DNA of 64,000 nucleotides from an uncultured Candidatus Saccharibacteria bacterium (lineage in GTDB: Bacteria > Patescibacteriota > Minisyncoccia > UBA6257 > GWB1-50-10): the NCBI GenBank assembly GCA_964449245.1, contig CAYUXY010000002.1, positions 39,463 through 103,462 on the forward strand. Direction: 5' to 3'. Shown here in pieces: positions 1 to 12,543 of this stretch (positions are counted from its first letter, which is position 1; each line of letters begins with the position of its first letter). A program made the position numbers and the translations under genes. Below the pieces are notes generated by a model. The model had not been told where the DNA came from. It ran no database searches and worked only from the letters and a program-made list of their open reading frames with translations.

Positions 1-942
1 TTCTTTTGTCCTTTCCGTGACCGAAACAAGCATTATGTTCATAATGCCGACTCCGCCCACGACAAGAGAAACTGCCGCAACGGAAGCGAGTAAAACGGTT
101 AAAATATCGGTAATCGTCTTTATTTTATTCGCCAAATCGTCCTGCGTTTGTATATAAAAATCATCTTTCTCCGGATCGTCTATGTTGTGGTTTTCCCTAA
201 GCAGTCGCTTTATGTCTTTGGTAGTTTCCTGAACCGAATCTACCGATTCCGCCTCGACAACAATTCTGTTAAAATATCTTGTTCCGAGAATATTCTCCTG
301 TACTGACGTATACGGAGCAAAAACGGCCTTATTGAAATCAATGAATGATCCCTGCCCCTTTGGAGATACTAAACCGACTACCTTGAACTTCTGATCTTTT
401 ATTTTTATTTTTTCACCAATCGGATTAACCGATCCGAAAATTTCTTCACTTACGTCGTCTCCTATCACGGCCACCTTTGATTTTTCGTCAACGTCCGACT
501 CGGTAAAAAATTGCCCTGACGCAATCTCAAGATCAAAATTGTCTTTTATGGATTCCGTACTTCCTATGAGCATCGCATCATATGTTTCGGAATCAAAAGA
601 TGTAGTTACATATCCAAAAGTATATGGAATGACATTTACGGCCTTAGGCAAATTGGATTTTTTATTTAAATCATCAAGATCTTTTTGTTTCAGAGAATCG
701 TTAAGAAGCGTACCGGCGCTGTCAGCCGGACCTTCGGGTTCCTTACCCGGTAAAATAAAAATGTTTGAGGGCCCAAAACTCTGTATCTCGCCTATTACAA
801 GATTTTCGGCACTACGACCTATAGACATTATTGTCATAATCGAAGTAATACCTATTACAATCCCGAGCATTGTAAGCGCGGAACGGCTTTTATGAACCGA
901 TACGCCCTGAATCGCAGTTCGTATTGAATCGGTAATTTTCAT
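1..942 (-). CDS. ABC transporter permease, MacB/FtsX family (partial, C-terminus beyond window edge)
   Basis: Minus-strand translation starts MKITDSIRTAIQGVSVHKSRSALTMLGIVIGI... with ATG at 942. It has an N-terminal TM, a large periplasmic domain and a C-terminal FtsX-like TM region (VGGVGIMNIMLVSVTERTKE). It lies downstream of the ABC ATPase. No stop codon before position 1. Confidence 0.8.
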   Translation of the reverse strand, partial: MKITDSIRTAIQGVSVHKSRSALTMLGIVIGITSIMTIMSIGRSAENLVIGEIQSFGPSNIFILPGKEPEGPADSAGTLLNDSLKQKDLDDLNKKSNLPKAVNVIPYTFGYVTTSFDSETYDAMLIGSTESIKDNFDLEIASGQFFTESDVDEKSKVAVIGDDVSEEIFGSVNPIGEKIKIKDQKFKVVGLVSPKGQGSFIDFNKAVFAPYTSVQENILGTRYFNRIVVEAESVDSVQETTKDIKRLLRENHNIDDPEKDDFYIQTQDDLANKIKTITDILTVLLASVAAVSLVVGGVGIMNIMLVSVTERTKE

Positions 943-952
943 ACGCTATATG

Positions 953-1669
953 TTATTTTTTGAAGCCCTCTCTCGCGACAATCCTTCTGTTTACAACAAC
1001 CTCATCTCTGTCTATTTTTCCGTCAACAATATGAATAGTTCTACTGCCGGCTTCCGCAACGTATGATTCATGGGTTACAACAACTATAGTATGTCCCTTC
1101 TCATGTAGCTCCTGAAGAAACCCTAAAATTACACCACCGGATTTTGAATCCAGATTTCCCGTTGGTTCGTCCGCAAAAATTATTTTCGGATCGTTGACAA
1201 GCGCGCGGGCAATCGCAACTCTTTGTTTCTGTCCACCGGAAAGATGCGACGCGGGATAATCAAGCCTGTCGGACAGTCCGACAAGATCAATAACCTCCTT
1301 TGCCTTCTTCTCGCGTCCATCGATTTTTCCTCTGCGATACATAAGAGGTAGCGCAACATTTTCAAGAACAGAAAGTCGTGGTAGGAGATTAAATGACTGA
1401 AATACAAAACCTATTCTATTGTTTCTTATAAATGCGAGCTCATTGTCGGAATACTTTTGTATTTCTTTTCCCTCAAATAAATATCTTCCTCCGGACGGAC
1501 GGTCAAGACAACCGAGAATCTGCATTAAGGTAGATTTGCCGGAACCGGAGGGCCCGACTATAGTTACAAATTCGCCTTCGGTAATAGATATATCTACATC
1601 ATACAGAGCGCGGGTTTCAACTCCATCGTCCTGATAGATTTTTTCAAGTTTTTCTGTTTGTATAAGCAT
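953..1669 (-). CDS. ABC transporter ATP-binding protein (MacB/LolD-like)
   Basis: Walker [13 protein letters not shown] signature [15 protein letters not shown], Walker [13 protein letters not shown], 238 aa. Confidence 0.9.
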   Translation of the reverse strand: MLIQTEKLEKIYQDDGVETRALYDVDISITEGEFVTIVGPSGSGKSTLMQILGCLDRPSGGRYLFEGKEIQKYSDNELAFIRNNRIGFVFQSFNLLPRLSVLENVALPLMYRRGKIDGREKKAKEVIDLVGLSDRLDYPASHLSGGQKQRVAIARALVNDPKIIFADEPTGNLDSKSGGVILGFLQELHEKGHTIVVVTHESYVAEAGSRTIHIVDGKIDRDEVVVNRRIVAREGFKK

Positions 1670-1684
1670 TATTTCCGGAAAATA

Positions 1685-3232
1685 TTATCGTACGATTATC
1701 GAATCTTTTTCCGACAAACCTCCCGTTATTTCTGTCTTGCCGTCCGAACCCTTAAGACCAACGGTAATTTCAACTCTCTCCGAATCGCCGTTTATTGCCT
1801 TCCACACGAAATATTTTCCATCTTCTGTTTCTATGTTTCGAGTAGGAACGGATAGAACTCCGAGCCGTTTATTCGTCAAAATATCAACATCGGCAGTCAA
1901 TCCGGAAATAATTCTCGCGTCATCTTCTGTAAAACGTATTTTGGTTTTGTATGTGGCTACACCCTCGAGGACCGTCTCCGATAAATCTATTCCTGATACG
2001 ACAGCATCGAACACAACGCCTCTGCCGTACGCATCAAGCGTTACTTTAGCCGTATCTCCAACTTTTACTTTTGCAATATCTGATTCCGTAATATATGCCT
2101 CTATATCAAAATTACCGGCACCGATTATAGATAAGACCGGAGAATTCGCTGAAATTATATTCCCCTCTTCTTCTATTATCTTCGTCACAACTCCGGAAAA
2201 AGGAGCCGTAAGAATTGTTTTCCCATATTGCGCGCGATAATACGCGAGACTTGCTTGCATTTGCTCAACTTTTGCCTCTTCATCGGCCATCTGTTCGGCC
2301 GTAGATCCTGCGCGAATAAGAGCCAGTTCGCTCTCTATTTTTTGCACTGTAATTTTCTGCGAAGAAATCGCCTGTTCCTGTGAACTAATCGATGCATACG
2401 AAGAATTTACATTGGTTCTCGCAGTGTAAACATTTGCCTTATATCCGCTGATCGTGGTTGCAGTAATGCCTTCAGCTACATCAAGAGCATCGAGCGTGCG
2501 AGTGAGATAATCTCGAATGTATGAAAGTTTTTGTTTTCCGGATAAAATGGCTGTCGTAAATTCATCAATTGTAGCATTGTCATCTAACTGCTGAAGTTCG
2601 ACTCTCCACTCATCCAAATAATGGCCGGCGTAATATCGCATCGATTCAACATCGATTTTCGCCTGCATATTAAGAACCGTAAATGTGAATTTGGGATTTG
2701 ATGTGTCGTCATCGGAAAAAAGATCGTCCGTCTTCGTACGAACGGCATCATCGGCTTTTGCATAGGCATCGTTTAATAAATCTTTTGTTGCGCGGAAATA
2801 GTTGTTTAAGTCTTGTTTTGCCTTATCAAGCTCGGCTTGTTTCACGGAAACTTCTTCAGGCCTTGCGCCATTTTTTAATTCCATAAGATTAGCCTCCGCA
2901 GATTTAAGAGTTGCGGCAGCTTTTTCCACTTCAGCCCAAAGATCGGCTCCTTCCAAACGCACGAGAATTGCCCCACGATCTACTTTTTCTCCGACAACCG
3001 GATAAATACGGCTTATTCTTCCGGACTTTTCAAATGCAAGATCTATACTTCTTGTCGGAACAACTTTTCCGGTTACACTAACTTCTTCAACAACATCTCC
3101 AAGCTCGACAGCAACAACTTCTGATTGTTTTTCTTTTCCGCCGGAAACAAGGGAAATAATTATTATAACGACGGCAACCAATACGACTCCTATTATTAAA
3201 GTTTTCTTTTTATTTTTTATTTTCAATTTCAT
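1685..3232 (-). CDS. efflux transporter periplasmic adaptor subunit (HlyD/MacA family)
   Basis: N-terminal TM helix, long coiled-coil segment and C-terminal beta-barrel-like region, 515 aa. Immediately upstream of the ABC ATPase and permease. Confidence 0.8.
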   Translation of the reverse strand: MKLKIKNKKKTLIIGVVLVAVVIIIISLVSGGKEKQSEVVAVELGDVVEEVSVTGKVVPTRSIDLAFEKSGRISRIYPVVGEKVDRGAILVRLEGADLWAEVEKAAATLKSAEANLMELKNGARPEEVSVKQAELDKAKQDLNNYFRATKDLLNDAYAKADDAVRTKTDDLFSDDDTSNPKFTFTVLNMQAKIDVESMRYYAGHYLDEWRVELQQLDDNATIDEFTTAILSGKQKLSYIRDYLTRTLDALDVAEGITATTISGYKANVYTARTNVNSSYASISSQEQAISSQKITVQKIESELALIRAGSTAEQMADEEAKVEQMQASLAYYRAQYGKTILTAPFSGVVTKIIEEEGNIISANSPVLSIIGAGNFDIEAYITESDIAKVKVGDTAKVTLDAYGRGVVFDAVVSGIDLSETVLEGVATYKTKIRFTEDDARIISGLTADVDILTNKRLGVLSVPTRNIETEDGKYFVWKAINGDSERVEITVGLKGSDGKTEITGGLSEKDSIIVR

Positions 3233-3237
3233 ATATA

Positions 3238-3564
3238 TTATTTGCTCTTCGTATTTTTTTGTTTTTTATATTCGACAATTTCTTCTTTTATCTTATCCCG
3301 CGTTTTTATTATGGCATTTCTTACATCCGAATCGTTTGTTTCAGCTCTAAGCATTTTATTAGGAACTTGAAGAGTCGCTTCGGCATAAAATATTTCGCCA
3401 TGCCGATGACGGCTCGTCGATCGTGAAATTTCGATAAAAAGATTTAATTCTCCTTCGGTTTCAAGCGAAGTGGAAAATTTTTTCAATGCTCCGAATTTAT
3501 CGTCTATAAATTTATTAATAGACTGTGTTAAGTCAAGATTTGTAGACTGGACGTTTATATTCAT
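3238..3564 (-). CDS. hpf: ribosome hibernation promoting factor (short HPF/RaiA)
   Basis: 108 aa, MNINVQSTNLDLTQSINKFIDDKFGALKKF... is typical of the sigma-54 modulation / ribosome-associated inhibitor fold. Confidence 0.8.
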   Translation of the reverse strand: MNINVQSTNLDLTQSINKFIDDKFGALKKFSTSLETEGELNLFIEISRSTSRHRHGEIFYAEATLQVPNKMLRAETNDSDVRNAIIKTRDKIKEEIVEYKKQKNTKSK

Positions 3565-3577
3565 GCAAAAAATTATA

Positions 3578-4921
3578 TCAGGAATTCGCGTTTTTCAAAA
3601 TTTTTCTTATTTCGGCCACAAAAGCATCTTCGGACATTTCTAATTGTGTCCTTTTTGCCACGTCTTTTATTTGAACGGTTCTCTTATTAAATTCATCAAT
3701 CCCTGCTAGCACAATGACAGAAAAACCCTTATTTAATGCGTATGCGAGCTGTCCTTTTATCGTTTTCTCATTTCCAAGATACAGTTCCGTCGAAATGCCG
3801 GACTTTCTCAAACCGGTAGCTATTTTCTGAACATACTGAACTGCGTTTTCGTCAAAATTCAAAACGATTACATCACCAAAAGGGTTCAACGCCGGAGAAA
3901 GATTGAGCGTCGAAAGCGCGGAAAACAGTCTGTCAAATCCTATCGAGAGACCGACTGATGGGATAGAAACATTACCAAAACGTTCGACAAGAGAATCATA
4001 TCTTCCACCGGAACATACACTGCCTATTTCAGGCATATTCAAAAGCGCGGTCTCAAAAACAATTCCGGTATAATATCCGAGACCGCGGGCAATTCGCAAA
4101 TCAACCGCATACGCCTTATCCGGAACTCCGGCGGATTTAATAAATGAGATTGCGGACCTAAGATCGGCAACACCGCTTACATCCGCTCCGCACGAAAGAA
4201 TGTTTTTTTCCGCAAAAGAAAGAGTATCCTCATTTGAAATCCCGGAAAAACAAACGAATTCTAAAATCTTTTCTGCCGTAGATTTTGAAATACCCTGAAT
4301 CGCGGAAAGTTCATTTTTAACTTCTTTTATTCCGCGCTTATCAAGTTTATCTATTATTCTTAAAACTGATTCGAGTTTTTTTTCTGAAAAGCCCGCGATA
4401 AACGGAAGCGCGTTCAATATTTTTCTACTGTTGATTTTAATCGTAAAATCGCCGATTGATAATGCTGAAAGCGTTTCGTATGCGAGTGTTATGATTTCAG
4501 CATCCGAGCACGGGGATGACGCGCCGACGATATCTGCATCACACTGGAGCAACTCCCTAAATCTCCCGAGTTGAGATTTCTCCGCACGCCATACTTTGCC
4601 AATCTGAAATCTTTTAAAAGGTTTTTTAATTGTTGTATATTGCGCAATAACTCGCGCAAGAGGAACGGTAAGGTCAAATCTTAGAGCAAGAACATCGTCT
4701 CCCTTTAACACGCTCGTTTTAAAAATCTGTTTTTTGAAATCCGGATCTCCTCCGATTAATATATTCATTTCTTCTATGCCGGGGGTTTCAAGCTCTCCAA
4801 AACCGAATAATTCAAAAACGCCACGTATGATATTGATCATACGCGCTCTCTTTGCCATATCTTCAGGCAAATAATCCCTAAATCCTGATGCGAGCTCAGG
4901 TTTTATTTTTTTCATCCGCAT
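3578..4921 (-). CDS. hisS: histidine--tRNA ligase
   Basis: 447 aa. N-terminal GFRDYLP motif (HisRS motif), class II aaRS core and C-terminal anticodon-binding domain. Confidence 0.9.
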   Translation of the reverse strand: MRMKKIKPELASGFRDYLPEDMAKRARMINIIRGVFELFGFGELETPGIEEMNILIGGDPDFKKQIFKTSVLKGDDVLALRFDLTVPLARVIAQYTTIKKPFKRFQIGKVWRAEKSQLGRFRELLQCDADIVGASSPCSDAEIITLAYETLSALSIGDFTIKINSRKILNALPFIAGFSEKKLESVLRIIDKLDKRGIKEVKNELSAIQGISKSTAEKILEFVCFSGISNEDTLSFAEKNILSCGADVSGVADLRSAISFIKSAGVPDKAYAVDLRIARGLGYYTGIVFETALLNMPEIGSVCSGGRYDSLVERFGNVSIPSVGLSIGFDRLFSALSTLNLSPALNPFGDVIVLNFDENAVQYVQKIATGLRKSGISTELYLGNEKTIKGQLAYALNKGFSVIVLAGIDEFNKRTVQIKDVAKRTQLEMSEDAFVAEIRKILKNANS

Positions 4922-4954
4922 ATTTCAATTTTAAACTTTATGTGGCAAATCTTC

Positions 4955-4990
4955 AATTAAAAGCCCGCCCCTCTTAAAGAGGGGCGGGAC
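4955..4990 (-). terminator. rho-independent terminator after RRM-protein gene
   Basis: Perfect hairpin cccgcccctc-ttaaa-gaggggcggg followed by a U-run on the minus strand. Confidence 0.6.
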
Positions 4991-5005
4991 TAGGCAAAAG
5001 CTGAT

Positions 5006-5275
5006 TTATTCTCTGGATGGACGGTCAGTCATCGGCCGAGCTTCGTTTACAACGAGAGTTCTGCCTCCGAATTCCTTTCCATTCCACATTTCAATAGCCT
5101 TTTCCATTCCTGCGTCGTCGGCCATTTCAACGAATCCAAAACCGCGAGATCTACCGGTAAATTTGTCCATCATTATTGTGACAGAAACAACTTCACCAGC
5201 CTGAGAAAACGCTTGTTTTAAATCGTCATCCGTACTCTTATACGGAATGCCTCCGACATAAAGTCTCTTTCCCAT
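5006..5275 (-). CDS. RRM-domain RNA-binding protein
   Basis: MGKRLYVGGIPY ... RGFGFVEM gives RNP2 and RNP1 motifs. The start was chosen at the internal Met of the longer tracked ORF (5006..5365). Confidence 0.8.
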   Translation of the reverse strand: MGKRLYVGGIPYKSTDDDLKQAFSQAGEVVSVTIMMDKFTGRSRGFGFVEMADDAGMEKAIEMWNGKEFGGRTLVVNEARPMTDRPSRE

Positions 5276-5447
5276 TAAAAGTGTGTATTTGTGCGTAGGG
5301 CGACCTCTCCTCCTGCATTGTTTCCTCCCATACGATGGAAAGCCACCTACGCGAAACAGAAACAAATTTATGCTGAGAACCTACTTTATTATTATCCCAC
5401 AATTCAAAAAAAATGCAACTATGAAAGACGGCCGAACACAACCGGAT

Positions 5448-5687
5448 TTATCTTAAAAACACATTTACCCTACTGCCAGGCAAAACCTCAATTAATCCGT
5501 TTGTCGCATATATATTATCGTGTTCACCATTCTTGCCGACAATCTTAATATCCCCTTTAGACAAGAGTGCGAGATACGGGCGGTGATTGTTTAAAATCGT
5601 TATTTCGCCAACAGACGTTTTTAAATTTACCGATTCGGCATCTTTAAAAAAAGTCGGTTTGCTTAATGTATAAACATTTACAACCAT
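5448..5687 (-). CDS. atpC: F0F1 ATP synthase subunit epsilon (beta-sandwich domain only)
   Basis: 79 aa, sits at the end of the atp operon, epsilon N-terminal domain-like sequence. The C-terminal helical hairpin is absent. Confidence 0.75.
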   Translation of the reverse strand: MVVNVYTLSKPTFFKDAESVNLKTSVGEITILNNHRPYLALLSKGDIKIVGKNGEHDNIYATNGLIEVLPGSRVNVFLR

Positions 5688-5694
5688 AATAAAT

Positions 5695-8033
<2,339 letters not shown>

Positions 8034-8040
8034 AAATATT

Positions 8041-9576
8041 TTATTCTTTTATCGTTTCTAAAAATCTTTCGATTGCGCTTTGCGCAAGCTTCTCGGTTTC
8101 TTCTGAAAAATCTCCAGAAGTGCGTATAGTCTCGAGTATGTTTGAATGAAGCTTTGAAAAATAAGTTACCAACTTTTCTTCGGTGTCTTTTAGACGTTCT
8201 ATGGCTATCTTGTCAAAATAACCGCGTAGAGCAGCATAAAAAACTATTGCCTGTTCTTCGAAAGGCATCGGAGCGCCATCTTGCTGTTTTAATATTTCGG
8301 TTATCATTTGTCCGCGAGAAATTTTACTTCTCGTGGATTCATCAAGATCGGAAGAAAATTGGACAAACGCCTGCAATTCTCTGAATTGCGCGAGCTCTAA
8401 TCTTAGTTTTCCCGCAATTTTTTTGATTGCTTTTGTCTGCGCGGCGGAACCGACTCTTGAAACCGAGAGTCCTGCGTTGATTGCCGGACGAATACCCTGA
8501 TAGAAAAAATCGGATTCCAAATATACCTGCCCATCGGTGATTGAAATGACGTTTGTTGGTATGTATGCGGACACATCACCGAGCTGTGTTTCAATAATCG
8601 GAAGAGCGGTTAAAGACCCGCCTCCTTTCTCTTCGCTCAACTTTGCAGACCGCTCCAAAAGACGTGAGTGCAGATAGAAAACATCGCCAGGAAACGCTTC
8701 GCGTCCCGGCGGACGGCGGAGCAAGAGAGATATTTGACGATACGCGGAAGCGTGTTTTGTAAGATCGTCGTATACAATAAGGGCATCCATTCCTTTTTCC
8801 ATGAAATATTCTCCCATAGCGCATCCGCTGTACGGAGCAAAAAACCAAAGCGATGCCGGATCAGACGACGCGGCCGATACAACTATTGTGTATTTCATCG
8901 CTCCCTCCGCCTCAAGCATACGCACAGCCTTAGCGATGTTTGCCTGCTTTTGACCTATCGCGACATAAATACATATAGGAGTTCTCCGTGTCGAATCTTT
9001 CTGTTGATTGATGATGGTATCAAGCGCAATAGCGGTTTTACCGGTTTGCCTGTCTCCAATAATAAGCTCTCTCTGTCCGCGTCCTATCGGGATCATAGAA
9101 TCAATGGCCTTGATTCCCGTATGAAGCGGAGTATTTACGGACTCTCTGGACAAAATTCCCTGAGCGCGTTTTTCAACAAAACCAAATGACGGAGTTTGCC
9201 CATCTTTGAAAATCGGCCCCTTGCCATCTATTGGCTCCCCTAACGGATTAACCACGCGTCCTATCAATGCCTCGCCAACGGGCACAGAAAGAACTTTACC
9301 GAGTCCGGTAACAACGTTGCCCGGCTTAATTTTCGCAAAATCACCGAGAACAATTGCGCCTATTGCATACTCTTCGAGGTTCGATGCGACAGCAAAAACC
9401 GGATCGGAGTCTGTTTCTATTTTCAACATTTCTTGGCTGACAACTCCGGACAAACCGGTTATTTTTACAACTCCATCAGCGACCTCAATAACCTCGCCGG
9501 CTTCTTTATGAACCGGGGTTTCATTTTCAAAATTGGCAATCTGTTTTTTGAGTTTTTCTATTATTTCGTAAGACAT
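8041..9576 (-). CDS. atpA: F0F1 ATP synthase subunit alpha
   Basis: 511 aa, Walker A GDRQTGKT, alpha-subunit signature. Confidence 0.95.
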   Translation of the reverse strand: MSYEIIEKLKKQIANFENETPVHKEAGEVIEVADGVVKITGLSGVVSQEMLKIETDSDPVFAVASNLEEYAIGAIVLGDFAKIKPGNVVTGLGKVLSVPVGEALIGRVVNPLGEPIDGKGPIFKDGQTPSFGFVEKRAQGILSRESVNTPLHTGIKAIDSMIPIGRGQRELIIGDRQTGKTAIALDTIINQQKDSTRRTPICIYVAIGQKQANIAKAVRMLEAEGAMKYTIVVSAASSDPASLWFFAPYSGCAMGEYFMEKGMDALIVYDDLTKHASAYRQISLLLRRPPGREAFPGDVFYLHSRLLERSAKLSEEKGGGSLTALPIIETQLGDVSAYIPTNVISITDGQVYLESDFFYQGIRPAINAGLSVSRVGSAAQTKAIKKIAGKLRLELAQFRELQAFVQFSSDLDESTRSKISRGQMITEILKQQDGAPMPFEEQAIVFYAALRGYFDKIAIERLKDTEEKLVTYFSKLHSNILETIRTSGDFSEETEKLAQSAIERFLETIKE

Positions 9577-9586
9577 TTAACTGGTT

Positions 9587-9973
9587 TTATTTATTTTCTG
9601 TTTTTACTAACGCATCTATTTTTCTCTTTATAGTTGCATCTATTATGGTTTCATCATCAATCACGATTCGCACTCCGGCTATTATATCCGGAACTATTAC
9701 ATATTTTATATCCGATTTTTTTCCAAACGCTTTTTCTATTTTAGACACGGATTCGCGAGACAATTTTCTTGCCGAATATACGACAACTCTTTTGCGTTCG
9801 TTACGAATAGACAATTCGTCTTCCAAATATTCGGTTATTTTTTCGGTTTCTCCTTTATTTCCTAATTGTACGCACATTTTTGCAAATCCTTTTATGATCG
9901 CATCCTGCTTTTTAGGATGCGCGTCTAACAGCGCAAATAGTGCTTTTGAATACAATCGAGGAGAATACTTCAT
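9587..9973 (-). CDS. atpH: F0F1 ATP synthase subunit delta (short)
   Basis: 128 aa, positioned between the b and alpha genes, OSCP-like C-terminal region. Shorter than the canonical ~177 aa. Confidence 0.7.
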   Translation of the reverse strand: MKYSPRLYSKALFALLDAHPKKQDAIIKGFAKMCVQLGNKGETEKITEYLEDELSIRNERKRVVVYSARKLSRESVSKIEKAFGKKSDIKYVIVPDIIAGVRIVIDDETIIDATIKRKIDALVKTENK

Positions 9974-10476
9974 ATTTTTATTTTCATTGCTTCGCGAACA
10001 GCCTGTTCAACAAGAGCATTATCTATGTCATCCGGAGATTTTTCTGCAATCAAACGTATTGCATTAGACACAAGAGACGCAGCCTCCTTGTTCAATTCGG
10101 CTCTTGTATCATTAGCTATCTGTTCAACTTTTTTCTCCGCTCCTTTCAAAATTTCCGCTTCTTTTAATTTAGCGCGGTTAATATATTCTGACTCTTTAGC
10201 TTCGGCGACCTTCTCCGCGGCCTCTATTACAACCAGTGATTTTTTATCTGCCTCAGACATTTTCTGAGCAAGAATCAAATCAGCGTTTTTTAATCTTTCT
10301 GATGCTGAATCAGAATCACGAATTCCCTGCTCTATCTTTTCGCGACGTTTATTCAAAACGTTGACAATGGGTTTATATAGAGTAACGCGCAAAACAATCA
10401 GAATAACCAAAAAATTCACTGCCTGAGCGAGTAAAAGTTGCCATTCAATTCCTAATTTTTCGATCAATTCTTGCAT
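9970..10476 (-). CDS. atpF: F0F1 ATP synthase subunit b
   Basis: 168 aa, N-terminal TM helix then a long charged helix. Overlaps atpH by 4 nt (ATGA). Confidence 0.8.
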   Translation of the reverse strand: MQELIEKLGIEWQLLLAQAVNFLVILIVLRVTLYKPIVNVLNKRREKIEQGIRDSDSASERLKNADLILAQKMSEADKKSLVVIEAAEKVAEAKESEYINRAKLKEAEILKGAEKKVEQIANDTRAELNKEAASLVSNAIRLIAEKSPDDIDNALVEQAVREAMKIKI

Positions 10477-10509
10477 TGGTTAATTAACTGTAAAACTTAT
10501 GATTATTGA

Positions 10510-10737
10510 TTAAACAAACTTCAAAATAAGGGAGACTACGAGGGCGTAAATAGCGAGAGCTTCCGTAAATGCGACCGCAAGAATCATAGCGGTTTGAATT
10601 TTAGGGGCAGCCTCAGGATTTCTGCTCATAGCATCCGTTGCTTTCGAACCAATCCAACCTATAGAAAAGGCCGGAACAAGCGTTCCCATTCCCATAACTA
10701 TGGCGATTGTGACTAATTTCATTATTTCTGGATCCAT
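10510..10737 (-). CDS. atpE: F0F1 ATP synthase subunit c
   Basis: 75 aa two-helix hairpin proteolipid with a conserved acidic residue in helix 2. Confidence 0.85.
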   Translation of the reverse strand: MDPEIMKLVTIAIVMGMGTLVPAFSIGWIGSKATDAMSRNPEAAPKIQTAMILAVAFTEALAIYALVVSLILKFV

Positions 10738-10775
10738 ACTTTTATATTTTTATTTTTTTATTTTCGACCTTTTTT

Positions 10776-11519
10776 CTAATGTTCGGTTTCTGCTGTAGAA
10801 ATTGAAATAAATACAAGCGTAAGCGTTGCAAACACGAATGCCTGTATAAATCCTACAAAAATTTCCATAAAAAGAAACGGCAACGGTATAAAATACGGCG
10901 CAAGCACACCTATTATAATCAAAAGAACTTCTCCGGCAAAAATATTTCCGAAAAGCCTGAACGAAAACGATATAATTTTTGCAAATTCAGAAATAAATTC
11001 CAATAAGCCGACGAACGTGTATATTGGATTTTTTAATGTAAAAAATCTCCTGCTGTATCTTATAAACCCCGCGGCGAGAATACCAAATAAATTTACACCG
11101 ATAACGGCAATTATTGCAATTGCAATTGTAAAGTTCAGATCTGCCGAGGGAGCGCGAAAAAGAGGCACAAACATATTGTGTCCATTGTGCATCTCCCAGA
11201 TGCCGATTGAGCCTACACCGGGCATAAGTCCGAGCCAGTTGGAGAGTACGACGACTAAAAATATTGTTGCTATAAGCGGTAAATACTGTTCAGTCTTTTT
11301 TCTCTCTCCTAAAACAGAGTCCATAAGGCCCATAAGACCCTCGATCGCAATTTCAACAAAATTCTGAAATCCTCCGGGAACCAAGGCCATTTTTCTCTTA
11401 ACCGCCAAACCGGCAATGATAGCTATACAAAAAACAAAAAGGCTGACAATAAGCGAATTGGTAACAGTAAAAGACCCTATATGAAACAATGCCTCCGCTT
11501 TGAGTGATATGTCCGACAT
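10776..11519 (-). CDS. atpB: F0F1 ATP synthase subunit a
   Basis: 247 aa polytopic membrane protein, first gene of the atp operon. Confidence 0.85.
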   Translation of the reverse strand: MSDISLKAEALFHIGSFTVTNSLIVSLFVFCIAIIAGLAVKRKMALVPGGFQNFVEIAIEGLMGLMDSVLGERKKTEQYLPLIATIFLVVVLSNWLGLMPGVGSIGIWEMHNGHNMFVPLFRAPSADLNFTIAIAIIAVIGVNLFGILAAGFIRYSRRFFTLKNPIYTFVGLLEFISEFAKIISFSFRLFGNIFAGEVLLIIIGVLAPYFIPLPFLFMEIFVGFIQAFVFATLTLVFISISTAETEH

Positions 11520-11660
11520 ATATGAATTTATGCAAACTTCTTAGTCGAAACGCACACCGCAAAAAATAGGAGCCGAAATAAAGTGGTCCCGACTACCAAA
11601 TGATAATAGAAATGGCATAAAAATCAAGCCATATATAAATTATGTGAATAATGCCCGATT

Positions 11661-12497
11661 TTATGCGCTAACTATTGCCTCAATCTCTGCAAAAACTTTG
11701 TTTTCCCCGTTCTTTGAAAGATTCAAGCCCCTAAGAACATCTCGATTTTCAAAAATGTCACGGCACAAAACAATTCCTCTGTCGAGCAAAAACTGTTTTT
11801 GACCTCCGTTTAGAGTAGTAATACACGTAACCGGATGCATCCTGAATCGCTCAACGAGTGCCTGTAAATTATTTTCATCTGGATAGCTCCACCCGACAAT
11901 GTTCATTCCCGCGCATTTTCCATATTGAATCGCGTCATCCGTCAATTTTGTGTTTGTGACTAACCAAACACCGTTAAATGCCATCTCACTATTTTTTTCC
12001 TTTGCGGATCGGATATCTTCAAATCTTGCGTGTACATAAAGAGCGGTTTTTACATCCGATTTTATGCCGAATTGATTATGAAATTTACATTCTATCATCT
12101 CTTTTTTGCCATTTTTTTCTGCAACCACATCTACTTCATGGTTTACACAGGCACCAGACACTTGCACGGACACAGCCGTTTTGTATCCCATTGCCTCAAA
12201 AATCCGCGCGACAAAATACTCAAATGGATGCCCGGTCGGACCCATTTCCATAATTGCCTTTCGCAGATGATATTTTGACGCGATGATCCGAGACTCTCTC
12301 GTTAAAATTTTGAATGCGGCCCGATAAATCTTTTCCGTTGAATTAAGCTTCCCGCGCTCGACATCTTTTCTGATTCGCAGAACCACCTTATCGATCAAAT
12401 CCGTGGCCGCTCCGGAACGGGAGAGCGAACGTCTAAGTTTTTCGTCTGAAAAAATCTCCTGAATCCCAGAATGTTTTGTAATTAAAACTTGCTTCAT
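11661..12497 (-). CDS. ATP-cone domain fused to Mrr-like (restriction endonuclease fold) nuclease domain protein
   Basis: N-terminal ~90 aa resembles an ATP-cone (KQVLITKHSGIQEIFSDEKLRRSL...). The C-terminal part carries Mrr_cat-like motifs (EYFVARIFEAMGY ... HEVDVVAEK ... ECKFHN). Confidence 0.65.
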   Translation of the reverse strand: MKQVLITKHSGIQEIFSDEKLRRSLSRSGAATDLIDKVVLRIRKDVERGKLNSTEKIYRAAFKILTRESRIIASKYHLRKAIMEMGPTGHPFEYFVARIFEAMGYKTAVSVQVSGACVNHEVDVVAEKNGKKEMIECKFHNQFGIKSDVKTALYVHARFEDIRSAKEKNSEMAFNGVWLVTNTKLTDDAIQYGKCAGMNIVGWSYPDENNLQALVERFRMHPVTCITTLNGGQKQFLLDRGIVLCRDIFENRDVLRGLNLSKNGENKVFAEIEAIVSA

Positions 12498-12543
12498 ATT
12501 AATTATTATACCTCACCGACAGCTTATTGCGCCAAATAAATCT

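Noticed and set aside
539-895. 118-aa plus-strand ORF
   Set aside because: It lies antisense inside the clearly coding MacB/FtsX permease gene (minus strand, ATG at 942). It has a low-complexity product and no signals.
5006-5365. Longer 119-aa form of the RRM protein and overlapping ORFs 5238..5441 and 5291..5548
   Set aside because: The N-terminal 30 residues (MFLFRVGGFPSYGRKQCRRRGRPTHKYTLL) are not RRM-like. The canonical start MGKRLYVGG fits the family, and the overlapping ORFs are antisense or low complexity.
8142-9633. Multiple ORFs antisense to atpA and atpH (for example 8668..9189, 9206..9511, 9433..9633)
   Set aside because: They are embedded in strongly supported ATP synthase genes on the other strand and have no independent support.
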